Part shown: positions 1 through 10,748 of the stretch, one piece after another
Numbering within the stretch: position 1 is the stretch's first letter
Layout: each line of letters opens with the position of its first letter
IMG/VR virus record: IMGVR_UViG_2593339225_000003
Coordinates: 32,001-96,000 of that record
Direction: 5' to 3' (one strand)
DNA from: a virus
Lineage: Duplodnaviria > Caudoviricetes
DNA: 64,000 bases
The notes under the pieces: model-generated
What the model saw: only the letters and a program-made list of their open reading frames with translations
Told to the model about the DNA's origin: nothing
Databases searched by the model: none
Position numbers and translations under genes: made by a program

Positions 1-120
1 CATTAATTCTCTCCTTAATTTTGACTATCATTAAACGCAAAAAGAAAAGGGAGACGTACCGATAATTAGTAGGTATCATCTCCCTTATATAAACTTAATA
101 CAACTAACTTCGGCATATTA

Positions 121-378
121 TCATTCTTGCGTTTCATTTGTTGTTTTCTTTGTTTTCTTTCTCTTTGGTTTCGATTTTGTTTCCTCGACTGTAACTTCCT
201 TAACTTCTTCTACTGCCTCAGTATAGTCATCGGGTACAACGGTATATTTGCCGTCTTGATATTTCACTTTAATTTGGTTCGCTTTACGACCAATCGCGGG
301 AAGTTGCACGTCAATTCCTTCAAAATCAACCACAGTTACACACTCGTTATTGAGCGTTACTCTGCAATTTTTAATCAT
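121..378 (-). CDS. Hypothetical protein (tail region)
   Basis: 85-aa ORF with upstream AGGAG RBS, co-directional with the structural operon. Confidence 0.6.
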   Translation of the reverse strand: MIKNCRVTLNNECVTVVDFEGIDVQLPAIGRKANQIKVKYQDGKYTVVPDDYTEAVEEVKEVTVEETKSKPKRKKTKKTTNETQE

Positions 379-389
379 TTTTATTTCTC

Positions 390-1652
390 CTATCTGAACG
401 GATTGCCAACAGTTTTGGTCGGGTATAGGATTTTGGCTTCGTTGAATTTTGCGCGGGTTATATATATAAACTTGTGATTTAAGTAGTTTTGTTCGCGTTG
501 GATGGACTTGCGAATTTGTCTTGAATAAAATGTTTGGCGGGGAGTAGAAAGCGATTTTTCTGCCACGCCAGAACTGCGATAATAAGTATCATTCGTTATG
601 CAATAAATAGGCTTTTGTTTATGGTCTATGCGATTTTGGGATTCTAAAATTTGCCGGCTCTCATTGATGTCGTAGGTACACCAGCCCAATTTCGCGCCCT
701 TCTTTATATAGTTTTGAACTACACCATATGCAGTTTTGAAGTATTTTGCAATTTCTGGTATTGTAAGATGCGGATTTGCTTTTTTGTATTCACAAACTGC
801 TTTTACAAGATTTGAAGTTGCAATCTCATCACATTTTTGCCAGTCTATTTGTTCCTCAGAAACATTTAGGCTTTCGAGTAGCCCAGATTTAATAATATTA
901 TTTTTTATAAAATCACCATCGGATTCCGAGCAATCAATAGAAAAATATTTGTCAATACCATTTTCAAAAGCAATTTTTCTCTTATATCTATCGTTTTCCT
1001 GTTCTTCTTCTAAAGTCCGCGCTTTGGGATTTATTGGCTTTGAGTAATGTTGTTTGCCATTCATCTCAACAATTATTTTTTCATTATCATTTATATAAAA
1101 ATCATATCTTTTTGACTCTGACCAAGAAAAAGATTTCTCTTTTTCAAAGCAGATATTTAATTGTTCTAATAGCGCATACATATACTTATTAGGATAACTA
1201 ATTCCATCACCGCAAACACAAGCCAATGTCTTTGCCGAGCAAAAAGCCTTAATTTGCTTTTTATAAACCCTGCCACAATCGGGACATACTAATTCGACAA
1301 TTTCATTTGAATATTTTGTGTATTTCTGAGCCTCCGTTATTCCTTTTGGAAAGTATTTCACCATCCACGGTGCGGTAGTTGTTATATCGTTTACTCCCAC
1401 GACAACCTTTTTGGGTGGATGGCAACAAGCATTGCATCCACAGTGCATTTTCTCTCCCAAAACATACTCAACAGACCAATCTTCGTTACCGCAATCCAAA
1501 CATCTATATTTGTAAAACTTTTGATTGAGGTTATATGGTTTCCCATTTTTGTGGGCAATTTTAGGGCGGATTTCTCTGTCGATAATAATTAAATTACGGT
1601 CAAATGTGTCCACCTTATCTCCAATTTCTCTTTGAAATTTCAAAGTTGACAT
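390..1652 (-). CDS. Zn-ribbon-containing putative homing endonuclease (Vsr/DUF559-like)
   Basis: Several CxxC pairs and a YDFYI...VEMNGKQHY motif. Start moved to ATG 1652 because the longer ORF runs into a terminator-like hairpin. Confidence 0.55.
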   Translation of the reverse strand: MSTLKFQREIGDKVDTFDRNLIIIDREIRPKIAHKNGKPYNLNQKFYKYRCLDCGNEDWSVEYVLGEKMHCGCNACCHPPKKVVVGVNDITTTAPWMVKYFPKGITEAQKYTKYSNEIVELVCPDCGRVYKKQIKAFCSAKTLACVCGDGISYPNKYMYALLEQLNICFEKEKSFSWSESKRYDFYINDNEKIIVEMNGKQHYSKPINPKARTLEEEQENDRYKRKIAFENGIDKYFSIDCSESDGDFIKNNIIKSGLLESLNVSEEQIDWQKCDEIATSNLVKAVCEYKKANPHLTIPEIAKYFKTAYGVVQNYIKKGAKLGWCTYDINESRQILESQNRIDHKQKPIYCITNDTYYRSSGVAEKSLSTPRQTFYSRQIRKSIQREQNYLNHKFIYITRAKFNEAKILYPTKTVGNPFR

Positions 1653-1713
1653 ATAATCATCCTTAATAAAAAAGCCGTGACAAGACAAACTCATCACGGC
1701 TTAAATTCAAATA

Positions 1714-2463
1714 TTATTCAGCATCGTCCTCAATTTCAATCATATCAACGAAATCACCATTAGCATCTTCGAGTAACGTGAACTGAGCTGAGATGGAAAC
1801 AGGCTCACCGTCAGAACTCAAAGCAATCTCAAAGTTTCTTTGAGGTGTAGCCTTGTAGAAAGTTTGCTTGAATGGTGTCAGAACGCCATCTTCATCCTTG
1901 TCAACAGTTGACATTGTAATAAAGTAATCCTTTGGAGTTCTCTTTGAATTGAAAGCAACTTTCTTAACACCAGTACGGTTAAGAATATAACTTACAGCAT
2001 ATTCGGTGTCTACTGCAATATCACCAGCAGTTGTGGCGGTAAATTTGCCTTCTGCAAAAGTACCAGCGATTACAGCAGTTTCATCACCAGCGGAATCGGC
2101 TGGATATGCAAATAAAGTGCCAGATTGAATTGTTCCATTGGTTGGAACTGTGATTGAAAGCTCACCAGCAGTAGTTGCCTTAATAATTTGAGTTTCACCA
2201 TATACAGCAGTAGTATCAATCTTACCGTCGCTAAATAAAGCGAACATCTTGAAAGGATATACCTGTGCTTCGATAGTTAGCGTACCTTCAGGAGAGTTCG
2301 GGAACGCAATACGGTTTGAACCCTTCGCTTTTGCATATACGCTATCAGCACTAATATTTGTTGTGGTTGTATTTGCAGTCTTAAAATCAAGGAATAATGC
2401 TTTGGTTTTCTTATCCTGAATCAGAACATCAGCCACTTGTCTATTAGCTCTGTTAATATCCAT
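1714..2463 (-). CDS. Putative major tail (tube) protein
   Basis: 249 aa, Thr/Ala-rich beta-type sequence, strong RBS, downstream of head-completion genes. Confidence 0.55.
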   Translation of the reverse strand: MDINRANRQVADVLIQDKKTKALFLDFKTANTTTTNISADSVYAKAKGSNRIAFPNSPEGTLTIEAQVYPFKMFALFSDGKIDTTAVYGETQIIKATTAGELSITVPTNGTIQSGTLFAYPADSAGDETAVIAGTFAEGKFTATTAGDIAVDTEYAVSYILNRTGVKKVAFNSKRTPKDYFITMSTVDKDEDGVLTPFKQTFYKATPQRNFEIALSSDGEPVSISAQFTLLEDANGDFVDMIEIEDDAE

Positions 2464-2492
2464 AGTTTTCCTCCTTGTTATATTTGAGTATT

Positions 2493-2512
2493 AAAAAAGA
2501 GCCTTTCGGCTC
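2493..2512 (-). terminator. Rho-independent terminator
   Basis: GAGCC-GAAA-GGCTC hairpin followed by T6 on the minus strand. Confidence 0.6.
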
Positions 2513-2535
2513 GTGTTTAGTGAATCCGCGAGGAT

Positions 2536-3336
2536 TCATTTTTTATCAAAATCATTTTTATACCACCGAGCGGGGTCAAACGTGTTTTTCTCGTCGCCCC
2601 AAACGGCAACTCTCGTCCATTCAATTTCATAAATAGACCCTTCACGCATACGCCCGAAATTATCCAATAACTGGAAAATAGTTAAATCCCAAATGTTTGT
2701 ATAATTCAGGGAATAATGTTTAGCAGTCACCGCCGAAATTACATTGGGCAAAGTTAAATTCTTATCTGCCCTTTTATTTCGTTCTCGCTCGCCTTCTTTG
2801 ATTTGATAGTATAATCTTTCCGCGATTTTGTTCTTGAACTTGGGGATTTCTTCTTCCTCCTCTGCAATACAACACACTTGCTGTATATAGTTCAAGATTT
2901 CCGAAAAGTTATGTGAATCTATAACCCCGACAATATCTTCACGCTGCGGAGTATCAATCGAATAATCCTTGTCTGGATTAACCAAAACAAACACTCCTTC
3001 AACAAATAAAACCGTTTCCTCGAAAAAGAAGTTGAACACTTCCAAGAAGTTTTGCATTAATGTTGGATTGAGTTGTATTAAATCATATACAGTCAACTCG
3101 CGCTTTTCTTCTTCGGACAGAGAATCCCAAAATTCCTGTCCTTTTTCAACCTCGGCTTTTGTAAAAAATTCTTTGGGGGTCATAGAGATTAAAAACTCAT
3201 AAAACATAAACTTCGTAAATGACATTGCCGGCTTAGATTTTGGGTCTGCAATGTCCCGCAGTTTAGGTTTCCTCAACATTCCCACAGACAGCGGAATAGG
3301 GAATGGAGAGATTTGTGTACCGTAATCAAATCTCAT
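2536..3336 (-). CDS. Hypothetical virion morphogenesis protein
   Basis: 266-aa ORF within the head-tail gene run. Confidence 0.55.
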   Translation of the reverse strand: MRFDYGTQISPFPIPLSVGMLRKPKLRDIADPKSKPAMSFTKFMFYEFLISMTPKEFFTKAEVEKGQEFWDSLSEEEKRELTVYDLIQLNPTLMQNFLEVFNFFFEETVLFVEGVFVLVNPDKDYSIDTPQREDIVGVIDSHNFSEILNYIQQVCCIAEEEEEIPKFKNKIAERLYYQIKEGERERNKRADKNLTLPNVISAVTAKHYSLNYTNIWDLTIFQLLDNFGRMREGSIYEIEWTRVAVWGDEKNTFDPARWYKNDFDKK

Positions 3337-3821
3337 CGGAAGTTAGGCACTACGAATGTCATAACGCATCCGTATAAATAACGACCATTAAAGGGTTCTA
3401 CGCCGTCCAATTTCAAATCCCCAATGCCGAAATCTCGCACCACTTTTTCATCATTGATTAGGCAATCTTCAACCATTTGTGAAAGAATATCCGCGCGGTT
3501 TCCGTAATAACCCTCTTTTGAATAATTATCAAGTATGTCGCGGTGACACACGACATACATCATAACCGTGCAAGTTTTTATATTCTCTCTCATATATGTT
3601 AAAGCCACGTCATAAAATATATAGGATTGCGTATCTTGTATGACTTCATCAACAAATAGGTGCGACTTGACGTGTTCCTTAAATAATTTTCGCACCTCGC
3701 TTGAAGTCATCCCCGAAACGTCACCAAGTAATACTTCTTTAATTCCGTCACTATGGTAGAGGGCATTATGGATTTTATTTTTGAATTTTCCGCGCTCGGA
3801 AGTATCTTTCTTCATATTCAT
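3333..3821 (-). CDS. Putative tail completion/neck protein
   Basis: 162 aa; assignment from synteny only. Confidence 0.45.
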   Translation of the reverse strand: MNMKKDTSERGKFKNKIHNALYHSDGIKEVLLGDVSGMTSSEVRKLFKEHVKSHLFVDEVIQDTQSYIFYDVALTYMRENIKTCTVMMYVVCHRDILDNYSKEGYYGNRADILSQMVEDCLINDEKVVRDFGIGDLKLDGVEPFNGRYLYGCVMTFVVPNFR

Positions 3822-3833
3822 ATCCGCCCCTCC

Positions 3834-4904
3834 TTACAGAAATCCTTTAATCGTGACAACTAACTTGGCTGTTTCGTATTCAAACGCACTTAATGATAAC
3901 TCAAACGATTTATTGAGCAACTTTTCGTTGTTGACAGAAATACTGATTGAATTATCTATGTACTGAATATCAAGGTCATTCTTAAAATCACAGTTAATAC
4001 TCCATTGTGGGCTTGCCGCGATTTCTTTCCCAGCCTCGTCATAGAACTTCGCCAAGAACACGCTTGGTTCAAGTCCGTTATAAATGACGGGTTCTTCGCA
4101 TACGATTTCGCACGATAAACTGTTCGTTTTATCGTCATTTTCGGCGGGAATATCACATAACCAATATCCCTTACCGTCAATCACATAATAACCATCATTA
4201 TCGTGCTGTTCTTCTTGCGTAATCATATATTCTGAATGACCGCTTTTTTGATAATCATATAACACATTGTCTGTACGAGTAATAAAGTAAGTTATAAGTG
4301 GTTTCGATGTATCAACTGTTACATCCGGCGAGAACGACTTTTCATATAATTTGCAACGCTTATCAATAACAAAACGTTTTCTGTGCGGCAACGCAATACA
4401 TTCATCATCATTAGGCATTATTAGCAATAATTGGTCTGTTCGTATAAAGGCATATTGGTCACTCGTTTCACCTGTATTATATTGTGAAGCAGAGGTAATA
4501 TTTGCCCACCTTTGAACAATCTGTTTGCGGTCGTTTAACCACGTTATATAATAATTACACAATGCTAAAACCGCTTTGCCATAGATACCATTGTCGTCCT
4601 CTAATCCGACAATAATCCAATATCTTTCTTTATAGTAAACATATTGCCCCGCTCGGCATAAACCGATAGGGAACAGCATTTGCCGCGAGATAGAGTTAAG
4701 TTTTGTATCTTGCACTTTGCCGTTCATAATAACTCTTGCGGGTGTTCTTTCCGTCAAATCATAATTACATATCTCAACACTTTCAGCCATTGCGGATTGC
4801 AACGCTTCCTCAAAACCATCTTTTGCAAAATTCTCAAAATCCTCTGTTTCAAATCCACTAACTGTATCGTGATTAGTGTTCATTAAATACCATTCTTGTG
4901 CCAT
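3834..4904 (-). CDS. Putative head closure/neck protein
   Basis: 356 aa; position after the capsid genes as in SPbeta-like phages. Confidence 0.45.
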   Translation of the reverse strand: MAQEWYLMNTNHDTVSGFETEDFENFAKDGFEEALQSAMAESVEICNYDLTERTPARVIMNGKVQDTKLNSISRQMLFPIGLCRAGQYVYYKERYWIIVGLEDDNGIYGKAVLALCNYYITWLNDRKQIVQRWANITSASQYNTGETSDQYAFIRTDQLLLIMPNDDECIALPHRKRFVIDKRCKLYEKSFSPDVTVDTSKPLITYFITRTDNVLYDYQKSGHSEYMITQEEQHDNDGYYVIDGKGYWLCDIPAENDDKTNSLSCEIVCEEPVIYNGLEPSVFLAKFYDEAGKEIAASPQWSINCDFKNDLDIQYIDNSISISVNNEKLLNKSFELSLSAFEYETAKLVVTIKGFL

Positions 4905-4915
4905 TCAATCACCGC

Positions 4916-5305
4916 CTAATTATAAGCAGTAGGCTTTTGGTTCGCAATCATCTGTTCACTTTGAGAATCGCAATAATCCAATTCCTCTTTGACGGCTGCT
5001 TTGCCGCCCTGACCCATAGTTATACTTACATCTTTACCAGTTATGGAAACCTGCTTATTTATCCTCGAAACCTCGCGCTCCTGATAACTTTGTTTCATAA
5101 AGGCAGCTAATGTATCAATGGAATATTGGTCGAGTTCTCGGTCAAATTCCATCATATCTGAATCAAAGCTAATAGGGGAAAGTTCGATTGAATATCTACC
5201 AACCGCTTTCTTTAACCACACGATTTCAAGGGCTTCGGGAATGACAACTTTATCTTTGAATGAACTCTCAAAGCTGTCAAAAACATCACTTGCGGTAGTA
5301 TTCAT
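4916..5305 (-). CDS. Putative head-tail adaptor
   Basis: 129-aa helical ORF; synteny. Confidence 0.45.
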   Translation of the reverse strand: MNTTASDVFDSFESSFKDKVVIPEALEIVWLKKAVGRYSIELSPISFDSDMMEFDRELDQYSIDTLAAFMKQSYQEREVSRINKQVSITGKDVSITMGQGGKAAVKEELDYCDSQSEQMIANQKPTAYN

Positions 5306-5329
5306 TCACAAGCACCTTCCTTCTTGGTT

Positions 5330-5869
5330 TTATCTCAACGGATAGCCCGTGTATTTTGAAGCGTAAACAATCTTGCGATAGTCGTTGAATCCAAGACGTT
5401 CAATAGCCTCGTTTAGCGCATATTTCTCCGCGCTTGTTGCAATATAGTTGGGAAGCTCCTGCTCAAATTCAGATTGTGACATAGCAAACAATTTCCTCGC
5501 TATATCGTCAGTAAAGATTTTTTGCGGCTCATCTGCCGTTTCAAAACCAAGCCAAATACGAGTAGCCTTATCCTCAATATAAATAGTGGCGTGGCTACCA
5601 TTTCCGTCAGTTCCGCTAAACAGTTTATTGCCATTATAAATCTGTGCCTGAATTTCGTTTCTCGGCAATCTCTGCTTACTCTTTTTAGTGAGCAATACGT
5701 CGCCCTCTCTGTTTCTCAGTGCAAAAGTTACATTCCAACCCGCGATATTGTGGATAACAACGCTTTTATCTAAATCCTTGTCATCAAAATCCACGGTTTC
5801 AACTATATCTTCATTTGCTGCGGCTTTCTTTGTCGCAGTCTTTTTGACTTTTGTTTCTGCCATTTTCAA
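5330..5869 (-). CDS. Hypothetical protein downstream of capsid
   Basis: 179-aa ORF with RBS; synteny. Confidence 0.55.
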   Translation of the reverse strand: MKMAETKVKKTATKKAAANEDIVETVDFDDKDLDKSVVIHNIAGWNVTFALRNREGDVLLTKKSKQRLPRNEIQAQIYNGNKLFSGTDGNGSHATIYIEDKATRIWLGFETADEPQKIFTDDIARKLFAMSQSEFEQELPNYIATSAEKYALNEAIERLGFNDYRKIVYASKYTGYPLR

Positions 5870-5930
5870 TACCTCGTTTCAATTATTATTCAGCCCGTCC
5901 CGCGCGGGATAGACTGTTTTGTGATTTCAA

Positions 5931-6116
5931 CTAAATAGTATGTTTAACCTCATTGTATAAGGCGATTATCTTATCAAGCCTCTCATTTTTTCTGAAAATC
6001 CAATATCTTGTATTGCTTACAGAATTAATCTTTGAAGCATAGCACTTCTCCGAAAAGGCTGATATAAAATGATATAATCTCAGAGAATAACAGTAAAAAT
6101 TAACATTATTTTGCAT
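5931..6116 (-). CDS. Small hypothetical protein
   Basis: 61 aa with AGGAG RBS. Confidence 0.55.
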   Translation of the reverse strand: MQNNVNFYCYSLRLYHFISAFSEKCYASKINSVSNTRYWIFRKNERLDKIIALYNEVKHTI

Positions 6117-6182
6117 TGGATTTTTCTCCTAACAAGAGCGGGTATCTCAATTAAGAAATACCCGCCCAAAATTTATCAGCAA

Positions 6183-7289
6183 TTAAAGAGTGCTAAGATT
6201 TGTGTCCATAAGAACACCGATTTGATGCTCTTTACCTTTTGCTACGTCCGCAGCTACCTCGGTATCGAACCTTGTGATGTACTTACCAGTCTTGACATCC
6301 TCACCAGTCATAGAAGTCAATCCGCCACGCAACCAAGTCTTAATGGGTGACTGACCGCCAGTAGGAACAACAAAGCCAAGACCTTCAGGCATTAACTTAG
6401 CGAAGTTAGTACCATCAGCAATAAGCTCGTACTCATTGTAAGGATTGGGAACTTCAACGATGTTTGCACCGTTGTATGTAGCAAGCAAACCGCGAGAAGC
6501 AATCTCGTTCATAGTCTTTTCAGAAATACCAGTGATGGTGTTGCTGTTGATAGAACCAACATAACCAGCCCACGGAGTAAACTGACCTACAAGACCATAA
6601 GCACCGAATACAGTGGGTTTGCCGTTAGGACGTACCTTGTTGATAACGTCGTCAGCACCAGCCTTTGTAAGACCAGCAGCCTCTACCCAATACTTAACGC
6701 CAGTAGCGTTCTTAATTGCATTGTAAACAGTAACAAGAACATACTTGATTGTCTTGTTGTAAATCTGAGTCTTAACAAGAGCAAGACCCTCGTTTTCGTA
6801 CTGCATATCACCAAGAGCTACCCTACGATAGTCAACAGCGTAACCACCAGAGATGGTCTGTGTGCCAACAGGGTATCTCTCTTTTGCAACAGCAATAAAG
6901 GGAACGTCGCCATTATTAGCTTGCTCACGCGCACCCTCACCTACGAAACCAGGAACTTCACGCTCAATAGACTCGTCGAAACCAACCTGTTCAAAAGAAC
7001 CGAAAAGACCAAGCAGTTTCATTTCCTTTAGAACAGCGGGTTCAATAACATAACGTCTAATAGTGTTCAACTCTGCAACAGCAGCAGTGTCGCCACTCTC
7101 AGCTCTTTCGCCGAGTTTCTTAATGTAAGCAACAGCCTTGTCAGCCTTTGCGCCGAACTTGCCAACTTCTTCACCATTAACCATAGCAGAGAAAATCTCT
7201 ACAACAGCGGAATGAGCGTGAAGGTCAGAGTTGGTAATATAGTTAGCGTCTTTACGCGCATTATTAAGTTCAATAGTAGTATTAAACAT
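6183..7289 (-). CDS. Major capsid protein
   Basis: 368 aa, highly biased codon usage, follows scaffold and decoration genes. Confidence 0.75.
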   Translation of the reverse strand: MFNTTIELNNARKDANYITNSDLHAHSAVVEIFSAMVNGEEVGKFGAKADKAVAYIKKLGERAESGDTAAVAELNTIRRYVIEPAVLKEMKLLGLFGSFEQVGFDESIEREVPGFVGEGAREQANNGDVPFIAVAKERYPVGTQTISGGYAVDYRRVALGDMQYENEGLALVKTQIYNKTIKYVLVTVYNAIKNATGVKYWVEAAGLTKAGADDVINKVRPNGKPTVFGAYGLVGQFTPWAGYVGSINSNTITGISEKTMNEIASRGLLATYNGANIVEVPNPYNEYELIADGTNFAKLMPEGLGFVVPTGGQSPIKTWLRGGLTSMTGEDVKTGKYITRFDTEVAADVAKGKEHQIGVLMDTNLSTL

Positions 7290-7321
7290 AAGTCACAACT
7301 TCCTTTCTATAAAAGTTTTAA

Positions 7322-7759
7322 TTACTCAGTCGCATCAGCAACACAAACCTTAACTTCAAAAGCAGCCTCGGTTAGTCTAATGCCAGTTTTGGTAACAGTG
7401 AAATACACGCCGCTGCCGGGAGCAGACTCCGCAACAGCCAGTTTGCCATCGTTACCAACAGTTAAAATATCTTCTTCCTCAATATCTGCAACGGTTTTGC
7501 CAGAAGCATATGTAACGTGTTTGCCATCAACAATCAGTTTCAAGCCTTCGATACTCTTAACGTCAATTCCTCTTAGGTATTCGCCAGCAGGAATAGTAAT
7601 ATCGTCAACATAAGAATCATCGCCATTGATGATGTTCATAATAAGATAAAGAGTTCCTTCGTAAGTAAGGAAAGTATAATTTGCTACTGCGCTTTCAGAA
7701 GTGATAGTAGGGTCATTCTTGGCAGCGATGCCAGCACCCAAAGTTGCAAATTTAATCAT
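7322..7759 (-). CDS. Putative head decoration protein
   Basis: 145 aa between scaffold and capsid genes. Confidence 0.55.
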   Translation of the reverse strand: MIKFATLGAGIAAKNDPTITSESAVANYTFLTYEGTLYLIMNIINGDDSYVDDITIPAGEYLRGIDVKSIEGLKLIVDGKHVTYASGKTVADIEEEDILTVGNDGKLAVAESAPGSGVYFTVTKTGIRLTEAAFEVKVCVADATE

Positions 7760-7785
7760 TTGTCATCTTCCTTTCTATTTGTAAA

Positions 7786-8994
7786 TTAAGCAAAAATATC
7801 GACATCTTCCTCAACAGCAGGAGTATTAACTTCTACTGCGGCAAAAATGTCCTCAACTTGTGTTTTAGCCGCGTTCTGTTCGGCAACCTTTTTGTCGGTT
7901 TCTGCCTTCGCGGTTTTACCAATGCCCTCGTAAATCTTGCTAACAACGGAATTGATTTCAACGTTTTCAGGGTCAGCAGTAAAGGCTTCGATTTCAGCCT
8001 TTGCATATTCTTTCTCTGTGTCAGAGAACTTAGCAATCGCAGCGTTCATTTCGCCGATAAGCTCCTTAGCCTTTGCTTCGCCAAGAGCCTTATCAAGAGC
8101 TTCTTTGGCAGCCCAAAGTTCAGAATACTTCTGATTCAGCTCTTTGTAATCAGATTCCCACTTTTCGATAGCTGCGTGTAACTCGTCAACAGTGGCTTGC
8201 AATTCGTTCTTTTCAACGATAGCAGCATCAGTAGCGGCATTAGCATCAGCAACCTTTTTATCGCAATCTTCTTTGCATTGGTTGATTTCAACCTCTGCAT
8301 TTGTATATGCAGAAACGGTCTGCTCGACAAGAGCTTTAATTTCAGCTTCGGTCATAGTCGTTTCCTCCTTGTTTTGTGAATTTAATTCCAATAACTTAGC
8401 TGCGGAATCACTTGGTTTTATGCCAATTAGCGCATATCCACTGTGAATGAATTTCATCGGGATTCTTCCTAAATCTTTGTAACCATACTTATAAACAATT
8501 CTGTCCTCATCTTCCGCCCGCATAATTTCCACGCTGCCCTGTGGATAAATGCCTTGCGCAATATCTTCGTCAAGTTTGTCACAGAAATTCTTATAACAAC
8601 TGGAATCTATCTCTCCTTCGCCGATACAAGCCAAAATCGTTTCACCGTTTTCATCTTCAATTTCTTGGATATAACCTTTGGTGAATCTACCGATTGTGGT
8701 CGCGTTTTCAAAGATAGGTACTCCATCTTCGATTTCAGTCATTCCGTGTCCGCAAATTTCAGTTCTATCCTCGTCTAAAAACTCACAACGCAGAAACATA
8801 CCCTCAATACTGCCTAATGCTTGTTCACAATATTCTCTTATCCAAGTGATACCATTTAGGTTATACTCAGTACCCACTTCGTTTTCTTCGTCAATGCAGC
8901 TATCGGGTTGAATCTTATACAACACGAGTTTGAATTTGCGCCGACCATTTTGACCTTTCTTTTTAGACTCGCTAAAAATCTCAAATGTTTTCAT
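7786..8994 (-). CDS. Prohead protease/scaffold-like protein
   Basis: Globular N-terminus plus long acidic coiled-coil C-terminus, directly after the portal. Confidence 0.6.
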   Translation of the reverse strand: MKTFEIFSESKKKGQNGRRKFKLVLYKIQPDSCIDEENEVGTEYNLNGITWIREYCEQALGSIEGMFLRCEFLDEDRTEICGHGMTEIEDGVPIFENATTIGRFTKGYIQEIEDENGETILACIGEGEIDSSCYKNFCDKLDEDIAQGIYPQGSVEIMRAEDEDRIVYKYGYKDLGRIPMKFIHSGYALIGIKPSDSAAKLLELNSQNKEETTMTEAEIKALVEQTVSAYTNAEVEINQCKEDCDKKVADANAATDAAIVEKNELQATVDELHAAIEKWESDYKELNQKYSELWAAKEALDKALGEAKAKELIGEMNAAIAKFSDTEKEYAKAEIEAFTADPENVEINSVVSKIYEGIGKTAKAETDKKVAEQNAAKTQVEDIFAAVEVNTPAVEEDVDIFA

Positions 8995-9087
8995 TCATCT
9001 TCACCGCCTTTCTTTGGAATTTTGTATATATGAAAAAGGTAATAAAATTTACCTTTTATCAACAAAAAAAAGCACCCATTGGGTGCA

Positions 9088-10734
9088 TTACTTTTTATCG
9101 GAAGGTGACGGCATATTATTGCCGTTGTTTCCTTGTGATTTAATTGTATTTTCAGTAGGATTATCGGTTTCTGGTCTACCACCCTTATTATCTGTTTTTG
9201 ATAACGTAAAACTTGTTTGGTGCGGAGGATATTTTTCCGCAAACTTTTCTTCTTTTTCGTGGTCTAACAATGCCGTAAATACTTCTTCTGATAATCCGCA
9301 AGCCGCCGCCCAAGCGGTTATTGAACCATTGCCTTGTAAATATAAATCCTTAAAATCAGCAACTTTTTGCTTTTGATTTACACAAGTAATAGGCAAATAG
9401 TTCACTTCTGCTTTATTATTTCTATCTTTAATAATATTTTCAGCAATACATTTATTTAATTCATTGGCTATTTGCTCAACCCATTGGCAAACTTGTCTTG
9501 TAATCAATTCAAGGTTCTGCTCTTGCGCGGCATAACTACCACTGCCAACACCATTTAATAAAGCTCCCGCGACACCAAGTCCGAGAGACATTCTGTCATT
9601 TAAGTTTTCTTCATTTTTACTATCAAAAATATTAGTATTACTTGTGTCAAGCATATTGATTTTTGTGCCAGCAGCAACAGAAACAACCGTTGAACCACTC
9701 TTATTCTGTTTAGTCAAAATAGCGTTTTTAACGGTTCTGTGCTGATTCTCTTGCTGTTTGGTTGTCAATGCGCTTGTACCCTTTTCCTTACCTTCCGGAA
9801 ATGTTTGATAAAATACTTTATTATTGATTTCATCAAGTACGCCACGTTTTGTAGCAATAAAATAATCATTATATAAAATGTCATTGATTGCAGCTAATAC
9901 AAGTGGTCTACCATACGGCTCACTCATTTCACTGCGTATTTTATGAACAAGTGTATTCTTTACGTTTAACACGACCCAATTACCATTTTCCTTAAATCCT
10001 TGTTTGTCTCTTTCGTAATAAGCATCTCGGATTTCTTTGGGGAACTTTCTTAATTTGCGCTCAACAGGTTCATTGGAATTAAGTAGAAAATAATCCAAAT
10101 TAAAAGCTATTTGATAATAATTATTTCGTCTATGTATAATCCGAGTGAAATCAGTTGGCAATGGAATAATTGATGCTTTAATTTCTGCATCGTTAATTTC
10201 GACAATAGAAGAAATGTCAAAATCATTGTAGTATTTTTGATTACTTATCGGTCTTTGCGCCGTTTCAAAATAATAAAAGGCAATTCCGTCTACCATACCA
10301 CGCCATAAAGCATCTCTAATAAATTCCTTGTCTTTAATCATTTTCAACGTTGAGTTCATTGCTTCCTGATTTTTCTTTTTCTTAGATTTACTTTTTCCGC
10401 TTGTAGAAATAACCTTGTCCAATGTCAACATTGCAGTAAGGTAATCTACGGTATGAGTATAAGTGCCATTTGTGTTGTATAACATACGCGCAATTTCACG
10501 GAGTTCTTTATTATGCCCCATTGGGTCACGTATCATCGCCATAAGTTGTTTGGTATCATATAACTCCAATATATCCAAACCAAAATAATAGTAAGACAAT
10601 GATTGGCTTGTTGAATATGAATTAAATTCAGCAACGGGGGCGGTAGAAGATATCTCTATGCTATTTGTTTCAACAGGCTTTGAATTATTATATGGTCTAT
10701 TGTTTTGATAGTATCTTTTCTTTTTGTTCGACAT
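9088..10734 (-). CDS. Portal protein
   Basis: 548 aa after terminase; EPYGRP motif and a GGRP-containing low-complexity tail typical of portals. Confidence 0.75.
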   Translation of the reverse strand: MSNKKKRYYQNNRPYNNSKPVETNSIEISSTAPVAEFNSYSTSQSLSYYYFGLDILELYDTKQLMAMIRDPMGHNKELREIARMLYNTNGTYTHTVDYLTAMLTLDKVISTSGKSKSKKKKNQEAMNSTLKMIKDKEFIRDALWRGMVDGIAFYYFETAQRPISNQKYYNDFDISSIVEINDAEIKASIIPLPTDFTRIIHRRNNYYQIAFNLDYFLLNSNEPVERKLRKFPKEIRDAYYERDKQGFKENGNWVVLNVKNTLVHKIRSEMSEPYGRPLVLAAINDILYNDYFIATKRGVLDEINNKVFYQTFPEGKEKGTSALTTKQQENQHRTVKNAILTKQNKSGSTVVSVAAGTKINMLDTSNTNIFDSKNEENLNDRMSLGLGVAGALLNGVGSGSYAAQEQNLELITRQVCQWVEQIANELNKCIAENIIKDRNNKAEVNYLPITCVNQKQKVADFKDLYLQGNGSITAWAAACGLSEEVFTALLDHEKEEKFAEKYPPHQTSFTLSKTDNKGGRPETDNPTENTIKSQGNNGNNMPSPSDKK

Positions 10735-10748
10735 TTTCTACCTCCTTT